A stretch of 63,245 nt of DNA, the filler included, from Octopus bimaculoides (lineage: Eukaryota): assembly GCF_001194135.2 (NCBI RefSeq). It is 5 parts of 5 records of this genome, joined end to end, with 100 filler letters (N's around TTAATTAATTAA, not from the genome) between each part and the next. Parts side by side here need not be neighbours in the genome. Positions count along the whole stretch, not along the records: positions 48,238 to 61,644 come from NC_068999.1; positions 61,745 to 63,245 come from NW_026391931.1; 3 more parts are not named here. The stretch is one strand, 5' to 3'. Positions 52,173 to 63,245 of the stretch are shown here, in pieces. The translations under genes and the position numbers were made by a program. Every line of letters begins with the position of its first letter. Position 1 is the first letter of the stretch. Under the pieces are notes generated by a model. It saw only the letters and a program-made list of their open reading frames with translations, did not search any database and was not told the origin of the DNA.

Positions 52173-52717
52173 NNNNNNNNNNNNNNNNNNNNNNNNNNNN
52201 NNNNNNNNNNNNNNNNNNNNNNNNNNNNNNNNNNNNNNNNNNNNNNNNNNNNNNNNNNNNNNNNNNNNNNNNNNNNNNNNNNNNNNNNNNNNNNNNNNNN
52301 NNNNNNNNNNNNNNNNNNNNNNNNNNNNNNNNNNNNNNNNNNNNNNNNNNNNNNNNNNNNNNNNNNNNNNNNNNNNNNNNNNNNNNNNNNNNNNNNNNNN
52401 NNNNNNNNNNNNNNNNNNNNNNNNNNNNNNNNNNNNNNNNNNNNNNNNNNNNNNNNNNNNNNNNNNNNNNNNNNNNNNNNNNNNNNNNNNNNNNNNNNNN
52501 NNNNNNNNNNNNNNNNNNNNNNNNNNNNNNNNNNNNNNNNNNNNNNNNNNNNNNNNNNNNNNNNNNNNNNNNNNNNNNNNNNNNNNNNNNNNNNNNNNNN
52601 NNNNNNNNNNNNNNNNNNNNNNNNNNNNNNNNNNNNNNNNNNNNNNNNNNNNNNNNNNNNNNNNNNNNNNNNNNNNNNNNNNNNNNNNNNNNNNNNNNNN
52701 NNNNNNNNNNNNNNNNN

Positions 52718-52767
<50 letters not shown>

Positions 52768-53302
52768 CATATATATAGACACATACACAGATATATCTAT
52801 ATCTATGTATCTATCAATACATACACACACATGCATACATACATACGTACACACACACACACACACACGCACATACATATATACATATGTATCCATATAC
52901 CATTCTACCGTTTCTTTCCCTCTTTAATGCTATTTTTTTCCTGCTCTTTTCAAACTGGAATGTCATACTTCTTTTGTGTAATAAGCATTATGAAACATTG
53001 CATTTTTCGGAAATAAAGAATGAAGCGAACAATAAATTTAAAATAAAATAAAATAAAAAATGAAATAAAATAAAAAGAAAAGAATCTATAAATATAAGCT
53101 AAAGTAAAAGTTCTATTTCTTGCGAAACCTATCAACTTAAAAATGATAAATGATATTTTGTTAAAATCTTTAATCAAGTAGGTTGCGTAATTCGAAAAAG
53201 CTTAAGGATGGGTGGACTGAGAGAATTGTGAAAGAAATACAGCGATCAAGAATAATAGTAAAATATACGAAAAAATGATGAAGGGGAACATTTTGGATTT
53301 CG

Positions 53303-53343
<41 letters not shown>

Positions 53344-53686
53344 TTCTTCTTCTTCTTCTTCTTACTTTTCACTCAGGATGGATGGTTTTGTAAACCCGGT
53401 TTCTTTTCTACCTTGATAGCGGGCTACAACTAATCGCCTTAGGTGTCAAAGAGCCTCCTCATTGCTTTTAACCACCACCACCACCACCNNNNNNNNNNNN
53501 NNNNNNNNNNNNNNNNNNNNNNNNNNNNNNNNNNNNNNNNNNNNNNNNNNNNNNNNNNNNNNNNNNNNNNNNNNNNNNNNNNNNNNNNNNNNNNNNNNNN
53601 NNNNNNNNNNNNNNNNNNNNNNNNNNNNNNNNNNNNNNNNNNNNNNNNNNNNNNNNNNNNNNNNNNNNNNNNNNNNNNNNNNNNNN

Positions 53687-53753
<67 letters not shown>

Positions 53754-54499
53754 CATCATTATTATCATCATCATCATTATTATTATTATTATTATCATTA
53801 TTATTATTATTATTATTATTATTTTTTATTTATTTATTTTATTTATTCCAGATCTCATGGATTAATCTGAAAAAATCAACAGCAATCAAAGAGAATACAA
53901 ATTACAAGCAAACAAAATTTGTCCAGTGTTTTTTCTCTTTTTCTTCCCAACCAAAAAAAAAAAAAAGAAATAAAAAAAATTCTGTAGACATATTCTTCCA
54001 AATATAGAATCGTGTCACAGAAAATGTTTCGGTTACGGCCATTTTTCTTTCTGATATTATTTTTGTTATTATTAGATAATTCACTCAACTATTAATTATG
54101 AATTTGTTCCAAGTGTAAATATAGACATTTCGTGGTGATGTTGTTGGTATACAAGGAATAACTCAAGTATTGGCGATCATTTTGTTTTTCAAGTTTCGGT
54201 TTACATATTTTCATTTTTTTCCATTTTTTTGTTAATTGGTCGATCAATCAATAAATGCTTAAATACATAAATCAACTAATCAGTCAAGTTAATAAATCAA
54301 TTTGTTGGAACTTAAATAAAACAAAACTACTAACAACTTACAAGTCTAAAGTTTCCTGTTGTTAAGCAGAGAATCTAACGAAATATTGAAAAGTCGTCGA
54401 AGACAACATAACTGCTAACACCGCTATCACAATTCATATAACTGCAACTTTTGTTTGGATTTAAAGAGGCGAAACTACAAACTCACCAAAGAAAAGAGC

Positions 54500-54826
54500 A
54501 TGATATTCTTAAACGTTAGTACAACCACCTCTTCGGTGTTGCCAAGCTTAAGCACGGAACCACTGGAAATAGAGGATAAGAGCAATGATAGCGAGGATTA
54601 TATCTACATTTACGACTATAATACTTCTGTTAACCATTTACCACTGAAGGAGTTGATTCCTGTCTCTCTTATATACGGACTGGTCTACGTGTTCGGTCTG
54701 TTTGGCAACTTCCTGGTTATATTTACCATTCTGAAGTACCGTCACATGAGGAACATTACAAATGTCTTTCTGCTCAGCCTGTCTTCTGCCGATCTGCTGG
54801 TTATCTTAATCTGTGTACCTGTTAAG
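54500..54826 (+). CDS. First coding exon of a class A (rhodopsin-like) neuropeptide-type GPCR: N-terminus, TM1, ICL1, TM2
   Basis: 109 codons from ATG 54500; N-glycosylation sequons NVS, NDS and NTS; TM1 GLVYVFGLFGNFLVI (GN1.50); ICL1 KYRHMRNITN; TM2 FLLSLSSADLLVILICVP (D2.50, P2.59); AAG|GTAAGT donor, phase 0. Ligand subfamily not assignable from this alone. Confidence 0.95.
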
Positions 54827-54869
54827 GTAAGTTCAGAAATTTATCTACCTTTAATCTTTTAACATAGGT

Positions 54870-55280
54870 GCAATAGCGGTTGTGTTGTTATGGAACTCGC
54901 TTTGTATCGTGGTTGTTTCAGGTTCGATCCCACTATGTGGCACCTTGGGCAAGTGTCTTGCATTTAATTCCTTGGTCGGCTCCTGGTCAAGGAGTAAATT
55001 TGGGAAACGGCAACTGTGTGGAAGTTCGTCGTATATTCATATTTATATATATATGTGTGTTTGTATATGTATGCATGTACGTGTGTGTGTGTATTTCTGT
55101 GATTGTCTTTGTCCCCCAACCGCTATAAGCTGTTGCTGGTTTGTTTATGTCTCTCGTAACTTAGCAGTGCATAAAAGACCGATAGAATAAATACCAGGTT
55201 GAAAAAATAAATACTAGGGTCAATTTGTTCGGCGGTGCCCTAGCATGGCCGAAGTCCAATGATTGAAACAAATAAAAGAT
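54870..55280 (+). mobile_element. SINE-C just inside the GPCR intron
   Basis: GGCACCTTGGGCAAGTGTCTT block, internal TA/TG tract, and tail GGCGGTGCCCTAGCATGGCCG. Confidence 0.8.
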
Positions 55281-56160
55281 AAGATGTGAAAGATAGTGAT
55301 TTTTTTTGTATCCAAGCTGGCTTTTCTGTTGATAAATTGCGGCTCGTTTGTTCTTTACTTTTTGCCATAAACTATTCGCAAAAGCGCCGAATGTCCAGTT
55401 GATATAACGTCAGATATTCACGGGAGATGTCATACATTTTGTATCGCATTACAGATAATATGTTATATCCTTGATGAAATCATATCACTGTAAAATGTGT
55501 CAAATCAACTGATTTGAGTTCAATTCCAATTCCTGCTGTACTCCTGAGCACATTAGACAGCAAGTCGATGCCACTCGTTTCCGTTGGCTACATTTTTCTC
55601 TGCATCTGGTCGTGTTATATTGGCATCTCTCATATCAGTTGTGAATGTTCTGTGTCATGCAGTTTTCGGTCTTCCGCTATATTTCCATCCAGTGAAGACT
55701 GTTTTGGAATAGCATTGTTCTGGTCGTCGGGATACGTGACCTACTAGTTTTAATCTTCGTTATATGATGATTTCGTTAAGTGATCGTGTTGACTTTCTTG
55801 TAAACTTGCAAATATTTTACTGAACGAGTGTTTTACCCAGTCAATATACTGCCAAACAACCACAGGAAATGTCAGTTCGAGTCCTATCTCAAGCAATAAG
55901 CCATGTTTATGTTTAAGACAAATGATTCAATCTGTCTAGTTCTAGTTAGTTATAAACACATGCTACAGTATAAAAAACGACTGACGACATAACTGTGAGA
56001 TTGGCGTATGAGCTATTATATAAGGCTTTGTATAACATTAATAATATGTATAGAAACTCGATACGGCACTAGCAGTGATATTTTGTCTTAGAAAAACTTC
56101 TCAAAAGGATTTGTGTGTTAAAGACACACGGCTTCGCTCAGAGCGTCAATAGAATACCAG

Positions 56161-56194
56161 GACACACTGTTTCGATATAATTCGGTCTCGTCAG
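56161..56194 (-). ncRNA. Hammerhead core, copy 1
   Basis: CTGACGA-GA ccgaattata TC-GAAA-CA gtg TG-TC; core intact, stems I and II weakened. Confidence 0.6.
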
Positions 56195-56385
56195 TAACGA
56201 ATACTCCGGGTTTTCTAAGCTAAACTGAAAATGCTTGTTTCGATACAGAAATCGGTAAACAAAACATTTACAGATTTGTGAAAAAGCTATGTATATAAGC
56301 TGTAATATTTTGTCACAGAGAAAGTTTCTCGAAGTCACTTGTGGGTTAGAAACTGAGATTCGATTTGAACGTCGGTGGATCGCTG

Positions 56386-56419
56386 GACACGATGTTTCGA
56401 CATGATTTGGCCTCCTCAG
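56386..56419 (-). ncRNA. Hammerhead core, copy 2
   Basis: TCGTTc-CTGAGGA-GGC caaatcat GTC-GAAA-CA tcg TG-TC-cAGCGA; core intact, 5-bp stem I with a C.C mismatch at its base. Confidence 0.7.
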
Positions 56420-58976
56420 GAACGAATACCCGGGATATTCCGAGCGATACCGAAAATGCTTTATCCGATATCGAAAACGGTAAACAAAATATTTACACAT
56501 TTGTGCAAAACCTACCCAGGCTAGAACTGAATTAATGTGGGCTCTTGAAATGACACCGAGTCCAATAACTCTTGTGTGTTTGAAGAGAGATATGTTCTTT
56601 CAAGTTGGCTCTCCTTTTTGCATTCAATGGAGGCGATATGGCATCCAAAGATCAATGATTAATCGATATGTTTTCCAAACATATTTTGTTATGGAACCCT
56701 CATACGATTTTTAAAAAAAATGTGTAAGCTATAAAAATATTTTATGTACAACCTCTGCTGTTTCAATTTAAATAAAGCATTAAGTGAAATAAAAAAAAAA
56801 ACTGTTTTAGAAAATGCATTCCTATACAATGACAACATCATAAAATGATTTATTATTTAGAAAATAGTGAATAGCGTATTTTTAAAAACGGAAATTCATT
56901 TTTATTAAGTTTTATTAACAGGAACCTTATTTCGCCGTGTTCTAGAATTTTTTTTTGGCAGGCCGTTATCTTTTTTGCCAGTAACAGTTTTAAGGAACTC
57001 TGATTTATGGAACTCCCTAATTAAATTAAACTAAGCGATGATGTTACTACAGACGATAATGTGACAAAATGTTGATCAGAATGCGCGTATATTGTTTCTC
57101 GGGGCTGTATTGTATTCAAGTCGAAATCATTTGACTGTCAACGACTCAATCCATTCAACTGAAAAGAATTATCACGATGTGATAGAAATGATCACTGCAA
57201 GCAATGGTTAGGCTGTAGAATTAATTGGCAAGTGGTTTTCTTTATTTGTTTACCCTTAGCGCTGGAATCTACAGTCTTCCACCAGTATATTTTGAAGAAA
57301 GGACAGTGCCACTTGAGGATTTCTTAATTGGTAATTCTTTATTGAGAATAAATGCTTAAATGTCTGAAATAAGTTGTTAATAAGATTATATTTTTGGAGA
57401 AAATATCGACCTCATTTTCAGAGAAAAAAAAACATTCGCTCAGTATTTACATCTACACTGGACATCGATCGGTTTAATATATGTTTTATTTGTCTGATTA
57501 GACTTCTGTTTAGAGACAGTGTTTGTAAAAATCACAGCTCGCTCGACACAACGTCGGCACACCACCAGACACCGACGTTTCAACTTGGTTTCGCCTGCTC
57601 AGGGATGAACATCCACTCAGTCATTCATTGCTTTTGTTCGAAATATGTCACCGTGAGAGCTTTCAATGACAGAATGCTTTAAAAAGGGGAAAATATAAAC
57701 TGGACTATCTTTGAACGAGTGTGGCAGAATAATGGAGAATGCTGATAGACCGAGTGTCGGAATGAACTTTTGAGTCATGGTCGAAGCAGTCACGCTTCAT
57801 TTATGATAAACAGACATTAATTCCACCATAAACACTAGTCTGGAAACAGATTAGTACCATCATGTATGAAAAGTACTGAAAAGTTCCATCTGGTTGAAAA
57901 TTGATGAAACCTATATATATAATAAACGATTTATTTTAATCTAATACTATTTCAAGGGCACACATCGATTCAACATATGCCTGGCCAACTCCCTTACAGA
58001 TTAGCAAATGTTTTCTTTGCTGATTTCTATTTGCAGACAGAAGTTCCATCATAATTCTGAATGATTTGGGGTAACGCTGTCCATCACTGATGAGGCGTAA
58101 TCAAGTAGATGCCTGATGAGCCACCGACGTCATATCAATCGAACTGTGATTTCACACACAAAATCTCTAAACTGAAATTTTTCCGGAACAAATATTAAAA
58201 AAAAAAACATATCTAGTTTTTTTCTTCGTTTGTGTACACGTATATGATATACTCATATACGCCTATTCATTTTAATCTAATGCTGTTTCCAGTGAGCGTA
58301 TCGATTCAAAGGAAGCCTAGACAGCTTCCGCACAACGCAGCATATGTTTGTTTTTGCTATTTTCTACACAGGAACACAACTCGGAATAACCGAAGATATC
58401 CGTTATTGAGGAGGCGAAACTAAATCTAAACAACGACGTCTGATGGTCTGCCTACGCCTTTCAGAACCACATGTGTTTTGAATATGTCAAAAAAATCTCT
58501 AAACAGAAAATCCTCTGGGGGGAAAATACTTGTAGCATTCTACGTTATTAGCTTAATAAACGATATATACACATCTTTATTTTTCACATCTTTATTTAAA
58601 TCTAAAGTTATTTCAAGTGCATACATTGATTTAGTAAGAAAGTATTTGGATAATAACACATAAAAAGTATATTTGTGAAGAGACAAAGATCAAATATGTT
58701 ATTATAGAATTTGACAAACTGCCAGCGATATATACACTGTTAGCGGAAATATTAGATCATTTTTCTTATTTGGTTCTGTTGCATTTTGATATGCGTTTGA
58801 TACGTGAAAATGATAATCTCTGTAGTGCCACAAGAAATTAATTGGTTGAATTCGCCATTTTACTCGAATATGAGCTAAAAATGATTTTAATAGAGCGTTA
58901 TCGTTACAAAATAGTTTTAGTAAATAGTTTCATAAAAAGGGATTCCATGAACAGGCACGGCCTGTTTTATAGTTGC

Positions 58977-59520
58977 TGGAGTGGCTGTGTTGTAAGTAGC
59001 TTGCTTACCAGCCACATGGTTCCGGGTTCATTCCCATTGCGTGGCACCTTAGGCAAGTGTCTTCTATTATAGCTTCAGGCCGACCAAAACCTTGTGAGTG
59101 GATGTGTTAGACAGAAACTGAAAGAAGCCCGTCGTATATATATATATATATNNNNNNNNNNNNNNNNNNNNNNNNNNNNNNNNNNNNNNNNNNNNNNNNN
59201 NNNNNNNNNNNNNNNNNNNNNNNNNNNNNNNNNNNNNNNNNNNNNNNNNNNNNNNNNNNNNNNNNNNNNNNNNNNNNNNNNNNNNNNNNNNNNNNNNNNN
59301 NNNNNNNNNNNNNNNNNNNNNNNNNNNNNNNNNNNNNNNNNNNNNNNNNNNNNNNNNNNNNNNNNNNNNNNNNNNNNNNNNNNNNNNNNNNNNNNNNNNN
59401 NNNNNNNNTGATAAAACAAGTACTAGGTTTACAAAGAATAAGTCCTGGGGGCGATTTGCACGACTAAAGGCAGTCCTCCAGCATGGCCGCATTCAAATGA
59501 CTGAAACAAGTAAAAGAATA
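58977..59520 (+). mobile_element. SINE-C whose internal (TA)n is an assembly gap
   Basis: Head 58977-59135, gap, tail 59409-59520. Confidence 0.85.
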
Positions 59521-59979
59521 AATGAATTTTGCATTCAGACCTGTTCACCTTTCGGATTACGTGCAGTACTAACAAACAAAAAGAAAGCAGTTTGGCATAA
59601 AATACTTAAGGAATATACTGATGGAGGGAGCAAAGAGCAAGCATTATATTGCAGAACCTGAAAAGTTGCATTATAATGTCATTCAATAATGGCATTATGT
59701 GGACTTTGGAAATCTTTGACCATCATTAATATCTGGTTCTGTGCAAGTCTGGTATATTTTTTGGGTTGTCATGTTATAAATACATATTTAGTAGACATTT
59801 TTCTCTGCAAGTGAATAGCATTTAGAACCATTCATAAAACGTTGCAAGTTATTATTAGTAAAAGAGATGCTGAAAAATTCCATGATTTTATTTCTGGTTC
59901 GTGCCAGTGTCAAACAGCATTGAGAGTATGGAATAAAAATGAATTATGTATAGGTACATACACACACACACAAACACAC

Positions 59980-60046
<67 letters not shown>

Positions 60047-60050
<4 letters not shown>

Positions 60051-60230
60051 ATAATAAATGGAGCAAAACGCATGTCAATGAAAGTTCCTTTAATTCCTAC
60101 ATATATGTTTCGAAATAAAATGATAGTACTTTCACAAAGAAGAAAGAGCTGTTGGGGTTCCTCATTTATTTCTCTTCCTCTTATTAAAGGAACTTTCATT
60201 GACATGCGTTTTGCTCCATTTATTATTATC
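60047..60230. repeat. Perfect 48-bp inverted repeat with 88-nt spacer
   Basis: GATAATAATAAATGGAGCAAAACGCATGTCAATGAAAGTTCCTTTAAT (60047-60094) is the exact reverse complement of 60183-60230. Confidence 0.95.
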
Positions 60231-61332
60231 CATATCTTCTCAAAATGTATCACTTTAACTTGGTATATCAACCTGTAAACGGCTGGGATATCTTGTTTTT
60301 TTTAGTGTAATTTTGCTACCTCTGGTAACTATTAACGTATTTAAATTANNNNNNNNNNTATTAGGCAAAGAGCACAAAAAAGAAGACAGCATGAGAGCAA
60401 CAAGGCTTAACGGATCTATTAGTCTAACGCTTAAAATGAAGGGAAAGTATCTTGGACGTTTTAGATGATAGTCCTTCATCAGAGAAATTGAAGAATTGGG
60501 ACAGGATGTAGAGAAAGAAGGAGAAAGAAAAAATCTGTTTGGAATATATTTTGATTCAACAAGGATCAGTTTTTACCTTTAGCTTAGCCATTTTATCTTG
60601 TCTATAGTGATATATTTGAGACTATTAAATGAACGATAAAATGTAAATATAAGATCAATATACAAACTGAAATCAATGTCAAGCACTCGTGCAAATAAAT
60701 TTGTCAGTATATGTACATAGACATGCGCACACAGATGCACGTCCACACATACGTAGATATAATGTCAACTAGTTAAAACACTCAATGATAGATTTCAATA
60801 AATAAATGAATAAAAAAAAGGCAATAAAAGTTTGTAAGGAAGTACTGTATAACGTATAAATTTCTGTTGGTGGTAAAATTTAAATTACTTATGACAGATA
60901 TATAGTTTCGTCTTACGAATCATCGGAGTGAAGTAGTTAAGAAACAACTCGGAACAATTATGGATGACGACGCTAAGTGGAGAGGAGCAGTTATTCTGAA
61001 TTTTTAAAAGATATTATGACATTAATGCAAAACAAAACAAAATTACACACACAAAAAAAAAAAATCAACATTAAAAATGACAAATTAGAGACTACGTATT
61101 TTTGTATGATCGAAAACTAAACGATATCAATACTATTTAAATGGTAGTAGGATATGTTAGCAAAAAAGCATTTAAACAAATTACTTGTTTAGCAGAAGTG
61201 TTTAGCTCTCATAGAAGAGAAAGAAGGAAGTTTTCGATGTTTCGTAAATCTGGTTATTGATAAAGAAGCGTAAATTGTGATGTGTCAGTAATCTGTTGAA
61301 AAAGCAATTAATGATGCGTGTGTGTTTAAAAT

Positions 61333-61487
61333 GAGTGGCTGTGTGGTAAGTAGCTTGCTTACCAATCACATGGTTCTAGGTTCAGTCCCACTGCATGGCA
61401 TCTTGGGCAAGTGTCTTCTGCTATAGCCTCGGGCCGACCAAAGCCTTGTGAGGGGATTTGGCAGAGGGAAACTGGAAGAAGCCCGTC

Positions 61488-61522
<35 letters not shown>

Positions 61523-61644
61523 TATATATGTATATGTTTGTGTGTGTGTGTGTTTGTCCCCTACCATCGCTTGACAACCGATGTTGGTGTGTTTACGTCC
61601 CCGTAACTTAGCGGTTCGGCAAAAGTGACCGATAGAATAACTAC
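61333..61644 (+). mobile_element. SINE-C cut by the placeholder join
   Basis: Head, CORE-like block, (TA)n/(TG)n tract, and partial tail up to the gap. Confidence 0.85.
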
Positions 61645-61744
61645 NNNNNNNNNNNNNNNNNNNNNNNNNNNNNNNNNNNNNNNNNNNNTTAATTAATTAA
61701 NNNNNNNNNNNNNNNNNNNNNNNNNNNNNNNNNNNNNNNNNNNN
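61645..61744. other. Assembly placeholder (44N-TTAATTAATTAA-44N)
   Basis: Counted directly. Confidence 0.9.
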
Positions 61745-61756
61745 ATATATATATAC

Positions 61757-61791
<35 letters not shown>

Positions 61792-61979
61792 GACTGATCT
61801 AATACGTACCAGGCTCAAGAAGTAAAAGTGCTGGGTTCGGTCCGTTCCGGGCATGGCCACAGACTAATGACTAAAACCGTATATATTGTCAGTTGTTCGT
61901 ACATCCCAAAAAGCAGCACACTCTATGAGCGGAATTCGTCGTCATTATCATTTCATGTCCACCTTCCATGCTGGCATGG

Positions 61980-62019
<40 letters not shown>

Positions 62020-62327
62020 TTCAATATGTATATCTATGTATGTGTACATATTTGAATAAGTATTGTTAATGCATATGTGTATATTATATGAGTGTGTGTA
62101 TGTATGTGTATGTATTTTAAAATTTTACTAAGGCATTGCATTACTAATAACCTCCTGTAGGACTCAATATATGTATCCCTTTGAATAAAGTGTTAGTCAA
62201 GTACAGAGTGCTAATAATAGAGAGATGACGAGGAAATAACCGACAGCCTTATGAACTTCATTAGTTTATAGCCATCCCATTATAAGACGTGGACTCACAG
62301 TTGTGTTCTCTAAGTATATGCATATTC

Positions 62328-62364
<37 letters not shown>

Positions 62365-62905
62365 NNNNNNNNNNTATATATATATATATATATATATATG
62401 CATATATATATATATGTATATACACACACACATATATATATAGACATACGCACACGTGTGCATGTATCTACATATATGAACGTATTTACATGTGTGTGTT
62501 GATATATATATATATATATATATATAAATGTATATACACATGCATATATATGCATGCATTTACATATAAGTGTGTGTATGTATATATATATATATATGAA
62601 TGTATCTACAGACACACACACATATGTACATATATTCATGTGTCTATATAGGCATATATTTATGAATATATATATATATATAAATATATAAACACACGTG
62701 TATGTATAGCTTCATCGTAATTTAATGTCCCTTTTCCATGCTGGCGTGAGTAAGGTTGTTTGATCGGAACTGGATGTCTTTCCTAATGCCGCCAATTTGT
62801 GTGGGTCTTTCTATACATATAAATGTGTATGTTAGTATATAATACATATACATGTGTGTTTCTCTCTCTCTCTCTACACATATATATATATGTCTACATA
62901 CGTGA

Positions 62906-62967
<62 letters not shown>

Positions 62968-62969
62968 GT

Positions 62970-63245
62970 TTATTCTTTTACATGTTTCAGTCATTTAAAT
63001 GCCACCAAGCTGCAGTTATTGCCTTTGGTCAAACAAATCAACCCCAGGACTTATTCGGTTGTCAAGCAATGGTGGGGGACAAGCAGTGACACAGACACGC
63101 ACACAAATAAATATATATTACATGATGGGCTTCTTTCAGTTTCCGTCTACCAAATCCACTCCTACAATAACTTCAACCCGAGGTTATTGTAGGAGGCACA
63201 AGCCCAAAGAGTCATGAGTGGAACAAGAATCTGGAACCATGTGGT
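62970..63245 (-). mobile_element. SINE-C running off the window end
   Basis: GGGCTTCTTTCAGTTTCCGTCTACCAAATCCACTC...GGAACCATGTGGT. Confidence 0.8.

Larger units (their letters stand above)
56072..56514 (-). mobile_element. Tandem dimer of a ~225-nt unit, each with a hammerhead core (non-LTR retrozyme-like)
   Basis: Units 56072-56288 and 56299-56514 align along their length with visible divergence; the cores are exactly 225 nt apart. Confidence 0.65.

Noticed and set aside
57550-57579. 8-bp GC-rich hairpin (also a 17-bp imperfect inverted repeat at 16496-16550)
   Set aside because: Too short to separate from chance in 63 kb without further context.
58087-58150. Two CTGATGAG motifs
   Set aside because: No GAAA or stem III in the right place for a hammerhead.
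62224-62250. ATGACGA-GG aaataa CC-GACA, hammerhead-like
   Set aside because: Two core mismatches, a 2-bp stem II and no stem I or III support.
54827-63245. Second GPCR exon (acceptor-like sites at about 58036 and 58371)
   Set aside because: In-frame translation hits early stops and shows no ECL1/TM3 (W..G...C) motif.

Overview
AT-rich, microsatellite-dense eukaryotic draft-genome DNA with many N gaps. The SINE families present look like those of Octopus (coleoid cephalopod); this is recognition from memory, not a database hit. Four identical 100-bp placeholders (44 N + TTAATTAATTAA + 44 N) split the window into five joined blocks. The one confidently coding segment is the first coding exon of a class A peptide-type GPCR (54500-54826, +, phase-0 GT-AAGT donor); no later exon was found. 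Two weak candidate exons of a minus-strand gene lie at 10-99 and 18186-18273. Nearly all other ORF-track entries are microsatellite or gap artefacts. The rest is mobile-element debris: at least four SINE families, fragments of RTE, R4-like, Tx1-like and Penelope-like (PLE) retroelements, two hAT remnants, a maT/Tc1-mariner remnant and a Helentron/DINE-like end. The best hunt result is five minimal type-I hammerhead ribozyme motifs. Two of them sit exactly 225 nt apart in a tandem dimer, antisense in the GPCR intron (56072-56514), which is the architecture of a non-LTR retrozyme (circRNA-producing element). Also notable: two long near-perfect inverted repeats next to microsatellites, a PLE with an inverted end copy, a SINE/LINE shared 3' tail, and a CpG-poor, SINE-A-rich left block.
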